Counted from the stretch's first letter, positions 17,521-27,441 are shown. The stretch is DNA of 32,000 nucleotides from Crocosphaera subtropica ATCC 51142 (GCF_000017845.1 NC_010546.1:2910001-2942000), one strand, 5' to 3'. Notes: generated from the sequence alone by a model not told the origin. Numbers and translations are program-made.

Positions 17521-18117
17521 TTATCGCGCATTTAACATTATAAGAAAGTTTTGCAACAGGGTTTTTCCTGATGTGGTTAAAATACTTTCTGGGTGAAATT
17601 GTACACCTTGGAGATGTGGATAGTCTTTATGTTGTAGTCCCATAATGGTTCCATCTTCCGTCCAAGCAGTAATTTCAAGGACATCGGGGAGGGTTTCTCG
17701 TTCTACGACTAAACTATGGTAACGGGTGGCTTCAAACGGATTATCTAATCCCTTAAATACCCCTTGATTATTATGAAAAATAGGAGACGTTTTACCGTGC
17801 ATCAACAGAGGGGCAGAAATGACCTTTCCCCCGAATACTTGCCCTATACTTTGATGACCTAAACAGACCCCTAAAATGGGATAAGTTGAACCCAGTTCTT
17901 CGATCAAGGCTAAGGAAACCCCTGCATCTTCCGGGCGGCCAGGCCCTGGAGAAATAACAATGCCATCAGGGTTAAGATGACGAATTTTAGAGAGATCGAT
18001 TTTATCATTACGGTAGACTTGGATATCTGAAGCTACAGGCAAATTCAAGCCCAATTCTCCTAAATATTGCACCAAATTATAGGTAAAACTATCGTAATTA
18101 TCGATAACGAGAATCAA
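17521..18117 (-). CDS. trpG: Anthranilate / aminodeoxychorismate synthase component II (glutamine amidotransferase TrpG/PabA).
   Basis: The sequence shows [30 protein letters not shown] (catalytic Cys) and GVQFHPES. Confidence 0.9.
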   Translation of the reverse strand: MILVIDNYDSFTYNLVQYLGELGLNLPVASDIQVYRNDKIDLSKIRHLNPDGIVISPGPGRPEDAGVSLALIEELGSTYPILGVCLGHQSIGQVFGGKVISAPLLMHGKTSPIFHNNQGVFKGLDNPFEATRYHSLVVERETLPDVLEITAWTEDGTIMGLQHKDYPHLQGVQFHPESILTTSGKTLLQNFLIMLNAR

Positions 18118-18163
18118 TGCTTATCTCCTCGATGATGGTGATGAATGCGATCGCTACAATTGT

Positions 18164-18673
18164 TTATAAAGGAAATACCATAGCCAATAAAGGGGGAGCA
18201 ATAATAAACCCTGCGACTAAAACTGCAGCAAGGGCTGAAATCATAACGGCACCAGCAGCGCAGTCTTTAGCAATTTTGGCTAATTCATGATAGGACTGAC
18301 CAACGGTTAAGTCTACCACTGATTCTAAGGCGGTATTGAGTAATTCTAAAACCATGACCAAAGCACAAGTCAAAGCGACGATCGCCATTCCGAGGGCATT
18401 AACGTGGAGAAACAGCCCAAAACTGATCGCAGTCGCTGTCATAGCCGTATGAATACGGAAATTACGTTGAGTGATAAAAGCATAAGAAATACCAGCCCAA
18501 GCATATTTAAAGCTCACAAAGAGATTGGGGGCAATATGCCAAGCGGAATTTTTTCTAATATCGGAAGGGCTTTCTTCTCTGGGATAGTGGGGAATGTGAG
18601 GTTGTCTTAAGGCTGTTGCACCGGAGAAGAAGGTAGTGGCAGCGGATTGGCTCATTTTAAAATCGGCTTTCAT
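18164..18673 (-). CDS. dgkA: Diacylglycerol kinase (prokaryotic DgkA family).
   Basis: The motif ELLNTALESVVDL...YHELAKIAKDCAAGAV matches the E. coli DgkA core (EILNSAIEAVVDR...YHELSGRAKDMGSAAV). An alternative ATG start is at 18655. Confidence 0.85.
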   Translation of the reverse strand: MKADFKMSQSAATTFFSGATALRQPHIPHYPREESPSDIRKNSAWHIAPNLFVSFKYAWAGISYAFITQRNFRIHTAMTATAISFGLFLHVNALGMAIVALTCALVMVLELLNTALESVVDLTVGQSYHELAKIAKDCAAGAVMISALAAVLVAGFIIAPPLLAMVFPL

Positions 18674-18763
18674 AATCTTAAGTTTTGGTAAGTTTGGTAC
18701 AGAATAGTTAAATATTTTTACGAAGTCTGTTCAATTAGAACATATAGTGTAGCAAGATTCTAC

Positions 18764-19276
18764 TTAAAGACCGACAATTTTTAACAATGTTTCTTGTTGT
18801 TGTAGCATTTTTTGTAAACTTTGTTCATCAGGGTGGTCCCACCCCAACAAATGAAGGAAGCCATGAGAGGCTAACCAAGGGAGTTCTCGCTGTAAAGAAT
18901 GACCCTGTTGTTGTGCCTGTTTTTGGGCGGTTTCTACTGAAATAATAATATCTCCGATATATAAGGGTTCTGAAGAGTCTGGTTCATCGGTAATTTTCGG
19001 AAAATCCCATTCTAAAGTAGCAAAAGCCAGTACGTCAGTGGGTTGATTTTTTTGACGATATTGGGCGTTTAAGCTGTGAATTTCTTGATCTCCTGTGAGT
19101 CTAAGGGTTAATTCATAGGTAGAGGCTACGGGTAGATAGGAAAGGAGAGTTATTCCCCATATTTGAAACCACTTTTTCCAGGTTTGGGAGGAAATATAAG
19201 TTTGTGCTTGATTTGAATTAACTGCAAAAGCGTCTTGAACATTCAAGTCAATCACTGGGTCAGAAGCTATCATCAT
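18764..19276 (-). CDS. ybeY: rRNA maturation endoribonuclease YbeY.
   Basis: The zinc-binding motif HGFLHLLGWDH is present and the length is typical for the family. Confidence 0.9.
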   Translation of the reverse strand: MMIASDPVIDLNVQDAFAVNSNQAQTYISSQTWKKWFQIWGITLLSYLPVASTYELTLRLTGDQEIHSLNAQYRQKNQPTDVLAFATLEWDFPKITDEPDSSEPLYIGDIIISVETAQKQAQQQGHSLQRELPWLASHGFLHLLGWDHPDEQSLQKMLQQQETLLKIVGL

Positions 19277-19285
19277 CCTGTTATG

Positions 19286-19477
19286 CTAACGGGTTAAATA
19301 GGAAATTCCAATAAAGAAAGCGAGAAGTCCCACTGTGGTCAGAAAAAAATGTTTAAGAGAGGTTCCTCCTTTGCGAACCATATTACGCATGGCCAGTTTA
19401 GTGTAACTGGGTTGAGGTTCTTCTGTAGTGGTTTCGGGGGTATTTTCTTCGATGGATGGGTGTGTATTGGTCATCAA
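19286..19477 (-). CDS. Small conserved cyanobacterial membrane protein (DUF3285-like, from memory).
   Basis: 63 aa with the sequence KLAMRNMVRKGGTSLKHFFLTTVGLLAFFIG, giving one C-terminal transmembrane helix. It sits 10 nt upstream of ybeY in the same orientation. Confidence 0.6.
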   Translation of the reverse strand: MMTNTHPSIEENTPETTTEEPQPSYTKLAMRNMVRKGGTSLKHFFLTTVGLLAFFIGISYLTR

Positions 19478-19673
19478 CTTTTTCCGTGTTTTTTCATAAG
19501 TCTGTCTCTTAATGTAACAGTTCGTTACTAAAGATCAATGATTTTTAACAGCTTACTCACTGATCGGGATCACCCCTCTAACCCTAAAGGTTCCCAAATT
19601 CGGTAATAATCCTATCATCAGAAATAACTAATCCCTCGTATTTTTAACTAATCCTCTATCCTCGGTAAGATTT

Positions 19674-20957
19674 ATGACCCTTGATGCACAACAGTTAATC
19701 GAGTTAGCCCTAACAGCCGGGGCTTCCCATGCAGAAGTTTATCAGTCGAGATCGCAGTCTCGGCCTGTTTTTTTTGAAGCCAACCGTCTCAAACAGTTAG
19801 AAAGTTCTAACTCCGAAGGAACAGCATTACGGGTGTGGAAAGCGGGATCACCAGGGTTAGCGGTAGCCTATGGAGAGGTAGAAAGTGAAGCGTTGGTGGA
19901 ACGGGCGATCGCTTTATCTGATCTCAATGATCCTGAAACTATCGAACTGCATGAACCCCGTACAGATATTCGGCCTTGTGTGGGTGAAGAAATGGCAGTG
20001 GAAACGTTGATAGAAATGGGCAAAGAGGCGATCGCTAAATTACGTCAAGACTATGGAGAAGTGCTTTGTAGCGGTGAATTTAGCTGTCAAGAAGATTTTT
20101 CTCGTTTAGTGAATTCTTTGGGGCTTCAGTGTGAATACAGTGAGGTTTCTACGGATTTTTATCTAGGGGTGGAATGGGTGAGAGGGGAGGATTTTCTGGC
20201 CATTTATGATGGGGATCATAGTTACCATGAATTAGGTATTGATCCCATAGTAGAAGGAATTTTACAACGGTTAGCATGGGCAAAGGAGACAGTTAGCCCA
20301 AAAATGGGGCGTATTCCTGTGTTATTTACCCCTAACGGTGCAGCGATGTTGTGGGATACGGTGTCTGATGCACTGAATAGTAAAACAGTCTTAGAAAAGG
20401 CTTCTCCTTGGAGTGAAAAACTAGGGGAAACAGTGATTTCTGAGAAGTTGAGTTTATCTCAACAACCAACTTTTGAACCCTATACTTGTCCGTTTGATGA
20501 TGAGGGGACAGTGACGCAGCCATTATCTTTAATTACAAAGGGAAGATTAGAGCAATTTTACAGCGATCGTACTAGGGCGAGATTATTAGGTAATAAAAGT
20601 ACAGGGAATGGGTTTCGTTCGAGTTTAGGGAGTTATCCGACTCCTAGTTTAGTTAATTTAATTGTTGAACCTGGAAACAGTAATTTTGATCAGTTAGTTA
20701 AACAGTTAGATAACGGTATTATTGTGGATCAAATTTTAGGGGGTGGTGCTGATATTTCGGGAGATTTTTCGATTAATGTTGATCTCGGTTACGGCGTAAA
20801 AAATGGAGTAATTACAGGAAGGGTTAAAGATACGATGGTGACAGGGAATGTTTATCAAGTGTTAAAAGAAGTGATTGCTTTAGGGAATGATTCTCGTTGG
20901 ATAGATTCTTGTTTGACTCCTTCTTTATTGGTAGAAGGATTATCAGTTAACAGTTAA
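19674..20957 (+). CDS. pmbA: TldD/PmbA-family metalloprotease (PmbA/TldE-like).
   Basis: 427 aa with the N-terminal AEVYQSRSQSRPVFFEANRLKQLESS...GTALRV pattern and the C-terminal GDFSINVDLGYGVKNG pattern of the PmbA/TldD family. Confidence 0.85.
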   Translation: MTLDAQQLIELALTAGASHAEVYQSRSQSRPVFFEANRLKQLESSNSEGTALRVWKAGSPGLAVAYGEVESEALVERAIALSDLNDPETIELHEPRTDIRPCVGEEMAVETLIEMGKEAIAKLRQDYGEVLCSGEFSCQEDFSRLVNSLGLQCEYSEVSTDFYLGVEWVRGEDFLAIYDGDHSYHELGIDPIVEGILQRLAWAKETVSPKMGRIPVLFTPNGAAMLWDTVSDALNSKTVLEKASPWSEKLGETVISEKLSLSQQPTFEPYTCPFDDEGTVTQPLSLITKGRLEQFYSDRTRARLLGNKSTGNGFRSSLGSYPTPSLVNLIVEPGNSNFDQLVKQLDNGIIVDQILGGGADISGDFSINVDLGYGVKNGVITGRVKDTMVTGNVYQVLKEVIALGNDSRWIDSCLTPSLLVEGLSVNS

Positions 20958-20985
20958 CAGTCATCAGTCATCAATTATCAGTTAT
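20944..20985 (+). repeat. STRR-like heptanucleotide tandem array (6 units).
   Basis: The units are cagttaa cagttaa cagtcat cagtcat caattat cagttat. The array spans the pmbA stop codon (20955-20957). Confidence 0.85.
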
Positions 20986-21194
20986 TTTGTTTTCTGCGAT
21001 ATAGGAATTCGTTAGACTATTTTTAATCCGAGGGACGATAAATCTCTATTGATTACTCCAACACTATCTGGTAATTCACTGGTATCAGGAAGGGTTAATC
21101 AAGAAGGATCATTAATCATCATTATTTCATAAGGTTAACCAGTAAACTTAAGGGAGTACATTATAATATTTGTCATAGCGTATTTTTACACTCT

Positions 21195-22150
21195 ATGAAT
21201 AATCAAAACTTAAAACAATTAGAATGTAGTTTATTCATCCTTTTCCTTATTTTTATTCTTCTCTCTGCTTTTCTTATTACTGGCTTTAGTTACTATAAAC
21301 CATCAGAATTTCAGAACAGTATAAATGCTGAAAATATTTTAAAGTTATTACAATTTTTAGGGACAAGTTTTGCTAGTATTGCAATTTTATTTAATGTTTA
21401 TTATGCTGCGAAACGTGCAACCGCATTAGATAAAACAGCATTAGCAGCAGAAAAGAATATAGAAGTTGCTCAAAATAGTCAAATTACTGAACGTTTTACC
21501 AAAGCAGTTGAACAGTTAGGATCAGAAAATTTATCAATTCGTTTAGGGGGAATTTATGCGTTAGAAAAGATTGCTCAAGATGCACCAAAAACCTATCATT
21601 GGACAATCATGGAAATTTTGTGTGCTTTTATTAGAAATCACGAATTATCATGGGAAAAAACGTTACAAAACCAGAAGTAAGTATTATTAAAAAAAATCGG
21701 GATTTAGAAACAGCTTTAAGAGTAATTGGAAGACGAAATACAAAATATGATCCAGACAATATTGTACTTGATTTAAGAAGTTCAGACTTATCATTTACTA
21801 CTTTAGATAATAGTAATTATAATTTTAGAAATGCCTTTTTTGCAAAATCCAAATTAGTAGGTATTAGATGGGGTAATGTCAATTTAGCAAAAGCTATTTT
21901 AGTTTATTCTAATTTAGCGTCTGCATCTTTTTATGAATGTGTTTTTACTGAAATAAATCTAGAAAATGCAAATCTAAACGGTATTGATCTCAAAGAGATT
22001 AATCTAAAATGTGTTAACTTAAAAGGTGTAAACTTGAAGTTATGTTTTAACTTAACTCAACAACAAATAGAATCAGCTATTGGAGACGAAACAACTATAT
22101 TGCCTGAACATTTAGAAATGCCTGAGAATTGGAAGAAAGGTAATCAATAA
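21195..22150 (+). pseudogene. Pentapeptide-repeat protein with an N-terminal membrane anchor, split by a frameshift in an A6 run.
   Basis: ORF 21195-21680 encodes transmembrane helices plus LGSENLSIRLGGIYALEKIAQDAPKTYHWTIMEILCAFIRNH. ORF 21650-22150, in the -1 frame, continues with ETALRVIGRRN and pentapeptide repeats (NLENANLNGIDLKEINLKCVNLKGVNL). The frames switch at tgggaaaaaacg (A-run 21655-21660). Confidence 0.7.
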
Positions 22151-22176
22151 TAGTAATCTAATTATCATCTTTTTCC

Positions 22177-22779
22177 TTAAAATATTTGATTAACCGTTAA
22201 CTCTAATTCAGGAAAAGTTAGGGATTTAATCTTCTCATTATCTCTAAAATATTTAACTTGATATTCACCATCAATTAGGTTATAAATAGAAATAGTCGGC
22301 TTTTTAGGATTACCAATATAACGAGAACCACCAATCCCTAAATAATCTACAATCCAGTATTCATTAATGCCAATTTCCTCATAATCTCTTAATTTTGTTA
22401 AATAATCATCTCGCCAATTACTACTGACAATTTCTATCACTAAAGGAATTGATTTGCCTTTGGTTAACGTTGAATATTCTTCCCATAATGGTTCCTCTTC
22501 CAATACATTTCTATCCACAACTAAAACATCAGGTAAATAACCAGTATTTTCATTTAAAACTTTTACTATTGCTTGTTTAGGTAAAAAATAATCTAAGTTT
22601 TTTTGTCTAAATAAACAAGCAAATTCAACTGCTAAAAAACCTGAAATTTCCTCATGTTTTCCCTTGGGTTGCATTGCAATAACAACTCCTTTATGTAATT
22701 CATAACAACTATTTTCGGGTTTCCAGTCTAGAAACTCCGAAAAAGTCATTAATTTAGGTGAAATTTTAGCTTCTATCAT
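22177..22779 (-). CDS. Uma2-family (DUF820) putative endonuclease.
   Basis: The family pattern is present: EL..G.......P...H......L, PDVLVVD, VIEIVS, and Y.E.GI.EYWIVD. Confidence 0.85.
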   Translation of the reverse strand: MIEAKISPKLMTFSEFLDWKPENSCYELHKGVVIAMQPKGKHEEISGFLAVEFACLFRQKNLDYFLPKQAIVKVLNENTGYLPDVLVVDRNVLEEEPLWEEYSTLTKGKSIPLVIEIVSSNWRDDYLTKLRDYEEIGINEYWIVDYLGIGGSRYIGNPKKPTISIYNLIDGEYQVKYFRDNEKIKSLTFPELELTVNQIF

Positions 22780-22783
22780 CTTT

Positions 22784-24100
22784 TTAAATTATCTCATCAA
22801 TTGCTTTAGGAACCGCAGAAGTTAACACTTCATAACCCGTTTCTGTTACTAAAATATCATCCTCAATTCTAATACCAATCCCTCGCCATCTTTCAGGAAT
22901 TTCGGGTTGTCCTTCTGCTGGTTTAATATCCTTACCGATATAAATTCCAGGTTCTACGGTTAAAACATGACCTGGTAGCAAAGGATGCCAATTTTCTTCG
23001 TCTTTTTTATAAACCCCTGCATCATGAACATCTAACCCTAACCAATGACCGGTTTTATGCATATAAAAAGGCTTATATTTTTCTTCTTTAATGATTTCTT
23101 CTAAGTCCCCTTTCAATAAACCTAAATCAATTAATCCTTGAACTAAAACACAAACAGCAATATCATGAAACTCATTATAAGGGTTGCCGGGTTTCACTTC
23201 TTCAATGGCTTTTAGTTGCGCTTCTAAAACTAACTCATAAATGGCTTTTTGTTCCCCTGTAAATTTACCATTAACAGGAAACGTTCGAGTAATATCTCCA
23301 TTGTAATAACCATAGGAACAACCAGCATCAATTAATAATAAATCGTTCTCTTGAATCTGACGATTATTTTCAATATAGTGAAGAATACAAGCATTAGAAC
23401 CGGAGGCAACAATAGAAGGATAAGCGGGTCCTATTCCTCCATGAAGTTTAAAAGTATGTTCAATTTCTGCTTGAATTTGATACTCGTAATGACCTACTTT
23501 AACAAATTCTCTAGCGCGGTTGTGTGCAGCAGCAGAAATATCCATTGCTTGACGTAACATTTTTAATTCTGAAGCACTTTTAACCTGTCGCATGGGGTGT
23601 AAAATAGGGTTAGTATCTTCAATGGCAATAGGGCCAGTTCCTCGCTTGGGATAAGTGGCCATTAATCGTTGCCAATGGGATAAAATAACCTCATTAAAAT
23701 GTTTATCTCGCCCTAAATGATAATAGATACGGTCAGCTTTCTTGAGATAGTCGGGTAATTTTTCGTTTAATTCTGTGATGGAATAAGCAATATCTGCGCC
23801 ATACTTTTCTTTAGCTGCTTCTATCCCACATCGATAACCGGTCCATGTCTCTTTTTCGGGATCTTTTGGTTGTACAAATAGGATAAAATGGTGTTCTTCG
23901 TGATGGGGTGCAAATACGGCGACTGCTTCGGGTTCATTAAACCCTGTTAAGTAGAAAAAGTCACTATCTTGGCGGAATATATATTCTACATCATTGTGCA
24001 TTACTGCTGTGGGTGCGCTGCGAAAAATGGCCGTTCCTTGACCGATTTTTTGCATTAATTTTTCTCTACGCTGGCGGTATTCGCTACTGTCAATCGTCAT
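22784..24100 (-). CDS. pepP: Xaa-Pro aminopeptidase (M24B, PepP).
   Basis: The metal-ligand context is intact (LLLIDAGCSYGYYNGDITRTFP, HKTGHWLGLDVHD, VLTVEPGIY, GIRIEDD). Confidence 0.9.
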   Translation of the reverse strand: MTIDSSEYRQRREKLMQKIGQGTAIFRSAPTAVMHNDVEYIFRQDSDFFYLTGFNEPEAVAVFAPHHEEHHFILFVQPKDPEKETWTGYRCGIEAAKEKYGADIAYSITELNEKLPDYLKKADRIYYHLGRDKHFNEVILSHWQRLMATYPKRGTGPIAIEDTNPILHPMRQVKSASELKMLRQAMDISAAAHNRAREFVKVGHYEYQIQAEIEHTFKLHGGIGPAYPSIVASGSNACILHYIENNRQIQENDLLLIDAGCSYGYYNGDITRTFPVNGKFTGEQKAIYELVLEAQLKAIEEVKPGNPYNEFHDIAVCVLVQGLIDLGLLKGDLEEIIKEEKYKPFYMHKTGHWLGLDVHDAGVYKKDEENWHPLLPGHVLTVEPGIYIGKDIKPAEGQPEIPERWRGIGIRIEDDILVTETGYEVLTSAVPKAIDEII

Positions 24101-24352
24101 AATACTCTATTTTACTTTTCCTATCTTCTTAGCATAACTTAAAAACTTCTGAAAGGGTAGGAATTTCACAAGTCAAAAGTATAATAATAGTGAAGGCTCT
24201 AATAACTTTTGAAAATTAGTATAACATTTTAAAAATTAGATATTGCCTACTTTGCTTTTTTTTCTAGTGTTTTTTCCAGAAGAAATTAAATAGACTGATG
24301 TCAGTTAATTTAAGTCAAAACAATATTTTTGTATCAATAATTAATATTAATT

Positions 24353-24373
24353 CTGACTACTGACTACTGACTC
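24353..24373. repeat. STRR-like heptanucleotide tandem array (3 units).
   Basis: The units are ctgacta ctgacta ctgactc, 9 nt downstream of the ggt stop on the minus strand. The AGTCA core is shared with the 20958-20971 units. Confidence 0.8.
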
Positions 24374-24381
24374 CTTACCTA

Positions 24382-25974
24382 TTAATAACCTAATGCTAAA
24401 CCATCGGCACGGGGTTCAGAACCGGCAATTAAAACATCGTTATTTTTTAGAATTATTTGACCTTTTCCAAACATCGTTTCAGGGGCTAATTTAACATCAT
24501 GACCCCGTTGTTTTAATCCTTCAACTATTTCGGGGGCTGTACCCCTTTCTAAAAGTATTCTATTTCCTTCTAAAAATCGCCATCTAGGGGCATCTAAGGC
24601 GGCTTGAGGATTCATTTGATAATCAGTTAAATTGACAACCATTTGTAGGTGTCCTTGGGGTTGCATCGGCGCACCCATTACCCCAAAGGGACCGATGGGT
24701 TGATTATCTTTGGTTAAAAAGCCTGGAATAATAGTATGAAACGGACGTTTATTGGGTGCAATTTGATTAGGATGACCTTGTTCTAAGGTAAATGCTAACC
24801 CTCTATTATGCAGAGAAATACCTGTTTCTGGCACTAAAATTCCACTACCAAAACTATCATAATTAGATTGAATAAAAGACACCATTAAATCTGAATCTGC
24901 GGTACATAAATAAACGGTTCCCCCTTGAAGAATTCCAGGGTTAGCTAATGGAATAGCTTGATTACTGATTAATTGTTGTCTTTGTTTTGCATAATTTTTA
25001 TTCAATAAATTTTCATTAGAAATGTTCATGAAATCAGCATCACCGACATAAGCATAAGCATCAGCAAACGCTAATTTCATCGCTTCTATTTGATAGTGAA
25101 AGCTTTCGACAGAATCCCGTTTATATTGTTCAATGTTGAAATTTTCTATAATATTTAAAGCCATTAATGCGGCAATTCCTTGACTATTGGGTGGCATTTC
25201 CCATACTTTTAATTGTTTGTATTCAGTGGCAATAGGATTAACCCATAAAGGGGTATGATTAGCTAAATCATCAGCCGTTAAATAGCCTCCTGTATCGGCT
25301 GAAAAATTGTTTATTTTTTCGGCTATTTTTCCTTTATAAAAACTTTCGCCTCCTGTGTTAGCAATCTCTTCTAATGTTTGAGCATGGAGAACACTTCCCC
25401 AGATTTCTCCTGCTTTTGGGGCGGAATCTTTGGGAAAGAAAACTTGTTGAAAATATTGATATTCGGGTCTTTTTTTTGTGAGATAAACCGCTTCTTTGCG
25501 TCTCCATATTGCTGCAGTTACTGGGGAAACAGGAAAGCCATTTTTAGCGTAACGAATAGCAGGAATAAATAACTGTTCAAAGGGTAATTTTCCCCAACGT
25601 TTCCAAACTTCATACCACACAGAAACTGCCCCTGGAACTGTTACCGTTAACCAGCCTAACTCTGGCATCTTTTCTAAATTAGAAAAAGCGTCTAATGATA
25701 AATTTTTGGGGCTTTTTCCTGACCCATTAATTCCTTGTAACTTTCCATCCCAAACTAAAGCAAAAGCATCACCACCGATACCATTAGAAGTGGGTTCAAC
25801 CACCGTTAAAGTAATAGCGGTGGCAATGGCAGCATCAACGGCATTTCCTCCTGCTTGAAACACTTCTATTCCTGCTAACGTACCTAAGGGTTGACTGGTA
25901 GCAACAGCGCAATTTTTAGCTAAAATAACACGACGTTGAGAAGCATAAGGATAAGCATTAAGATTAAATTTCAT
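24382..25974 (-). CDS. ggt: Gamma-glutamyltransferase family protein with no obvious signal peptide.
   Basis: The sequence has TSQPLGTLAGIEVFQAGGNAVDAAIA, EPTSNGIGGDAF and the autoprocessing Thr context QGGTVYLCTAD. The N-terminus MKFNLNAYPYASQRR is not hydrophobic. Confidence 0.88.
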   Translation of the reverse strand: MKFNLNAYPYASQRRVILAKNCAVATSQPLGTLAGIEVFQAGGNAVDAAIATAITLTVVEPTSNGIGGDAFALVWDGKLQGINGSGKSPKNLSLDAFSNLEKMPELGWLTVTVPGAVSVWYEVWKRWGKLPFEQLFIPAIRYAKNGFPVSPVTAAIWRRKEAVYLTKKRPEYQYFQQVFFPKDSAPKAGEIWGSVLHAQTLEEIANTGGESFYKGKIAEKINNFSADTGGYLTADDLANHTPLWVNPIATEYKQLKVWEMPPNSQGIAALMALNIIENFNIEQYKRDSVESFHYQIEAMKLAFADAYAYVGDADFMNISNENLLNKNYAKQRQQLISNQAIPLANPGILQGGTVYLCTADSDLMVSFIQSNYDSFGSGILVPETGISLHNRGLAFTLEQGHPNQIAPNKRPFHTIIPGFLTKDNQPIGPFGVMGAPMQPQGHLQMVVNLTDYQMNPQAALDAPRWRFLEGNRILLERGTAPEIVEGLKQRGHDVKLAPETMFGKGQIILKNNDVLIAGSEPRADGLALGY

Positions 25975-26245
25975 AATAAGTTTATCTACAGAATATTGTT
26001 TATTTTGAAAACTATTTTTTGATTGTTATACCTATTTTCTTTTTTTGTATTCTTGACTAGTAAATATCGATAACTTCATAAGGTGGTCAATGGTAATTAA
26101 CGCTAAAATTTTCATGTAAAGATAGTTCTTGTCATTGCCTACCCTACACACTATTCCCTATTGATCTAAAAAAACTCTAATAACTTATCCTTTATCTTAA
26201 GTCCTACCATAAAATTGATAGCAAATGAAACAAAAATCATAAAAA

Positions 26246-27430
26246 TTGATGGAAACCACCATAAAAATTAACCCTAAACCTGATACACCCAACGATGAAA
26301 CATTTATCAATATACTCTCTTCTCAAGGTGCAACTATTATCCTTGGTGAACAAACAGCCGAAAGTTTAGTTATGCCTCTCGAACCCTCTCCTACCACCAT
26401 GTTTGGCCCGAGAGGGGCCTGTTTAGTCTCCGAAGAAGGCCCGTTATGGGTATGTGATACCGGTCATCATCGCTTATTAGGGTGGAAACATCGCCCCGAA
26501 ACTGACGGTCAACCAGCAGACTGGGTTATTGGTCAACCGGACTTTTACCGCGAAGGACAAAACGCCAAAGGAACTCCCCAAGCGAATACGGTGAGTGTTC
26601 CTACAGGTATCTGTGTTTGTGGGGAAGGGTTAGCAGTAGCCGATGCTTGGAATCATCGGGTCTTAATTTGGAAAAAGTTACCTCAAAATAATAATATTCC
26701 TGCGGATATTGTCTTAGGGCAAGCTGACTTTCATCATAACCAAGTTAACCGAGGCAAAAGCGACACCGCAGCCGATAGAATGCACTGGCCCTATGGGGTG
26801 ATGTATCATCAAGGACGGTTATTTGTTGCTGATACTGGTAATCGTCGGGTGTTGGTATGGAATGAACTACCCACCCATAACGGACAACCAGCAGACTATG
26901 TTCTTGGACAAGTGGATATGAACCGCCGAGACGAAAACGGGGGAGGAAGTCCCACAGCAAGTAGTCTACGCTGGCCCCATGCTTTGGCTATTTGGCAGGA
27001 TAACTTAGTATTGGCTGATGCGGGTAATAACCGTTTAATGATTTGGGAAGGAATACCTATAGAAAATAATGTCCCTTGTCGTCTGGTGTTGGGACAAACG
27101 AACTTTCAAGGGGCAGAGTTAAATCAAGGTGGCTATTTTCCTACCCCTAGCAGCCTTAGTATGCCCTATGGTGTAGCAGTAATGGGTGAATGGTTAATTG
27201 CTGCGGATACGGCTAATTCTCGCCTGTTAGGATGGACTGATAAATTAGTGACAGGACAAATTGCCCAGGGGTTAACGGGACAAGCTCATTTTCGCAGTAA
27301 GAGTGAAAATCGTTCTTATGGTGGGCCGACTCGTCAAAGTTTAAGCTGGCCCTATGGTATTACAGTTTGTGGTGAGACGGCAGTTATTGCTGACTCTGGT
27401 AACAACCGTGTTTTATTGTGGGGTTTTTAA
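26246..27430 (+). CDS. NHL-repeat (six-bladed beta-propeller) protein.
   Basis: There are six repeats of [AC]D[ST].N.R[VL]L.W (CDTGHHRLLGW, ADAWNHRVLIW, ADTGNRRVLVW, ADAGNNRLMIW, ADTANSRLLGW, ADSGNNRVLLW). The track start is TTG at 26246, with an ATG at 26249. The gene is noticeably more GC-rich than its neighbours. Confidence 0.85.
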   Translation: MMETTIKINPKPDTPNDETFINILSSQGATIILGEQTAESLVMPLEPSPTTMFGPRGACLVSEEGPLWVCDTGHHRLLGWKHRPETDGQPADWVIGQPDFYREGQNAKGTPQANTVSVPTGICVCGEGLAVADAWNHRVLIWKKLPQNNNIPADIVLGQADFHHNQVNRGKSDTAADRMHWPYGVMYHQGRLFVADTGNRRVLVWNELPTHNGQPADYVLGQVDMNRRDENGGGSPTASSLRWPHALAIWQDNLVLADAGNNRLMIWEGIPIENNVPCRLVLGQTNFQGAELNQGGYFPTPSSLSMPYGVAVMGEWLIAADTANSRLLGWTDKLVTGQIAQGLTGQAHFRSKSENRSYGGPTRQSLSWPYGITVCGETAVIADSGNNRVLLWGF

Positions 27431-27441
27431 AAAGTATATAT

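Noticed and set aside
21651-21662. Programmed -1 ribosomal frameshifting at the A-run in the pentapeptide gene.
   Set aside because: In the upstream frame the run reads G GAA AAA ACG, not a canonical X XXY YYZ slippery heptamer. Only the A-site tRNA could re-pair. I see no obvious downstream stimulatory structure, so a mutation or sequencing error is more parsimonious.
6351-25974. A glutamine/glutathione metabolic island linking glutaminase, purQ, gloA, trpG/pabA and ggt.
   Set aside because: These genes are scattered over 20 kb on different strands and in different operons, interspersed with unrelated housekeeping genes. The thematic link is probably coincidental.
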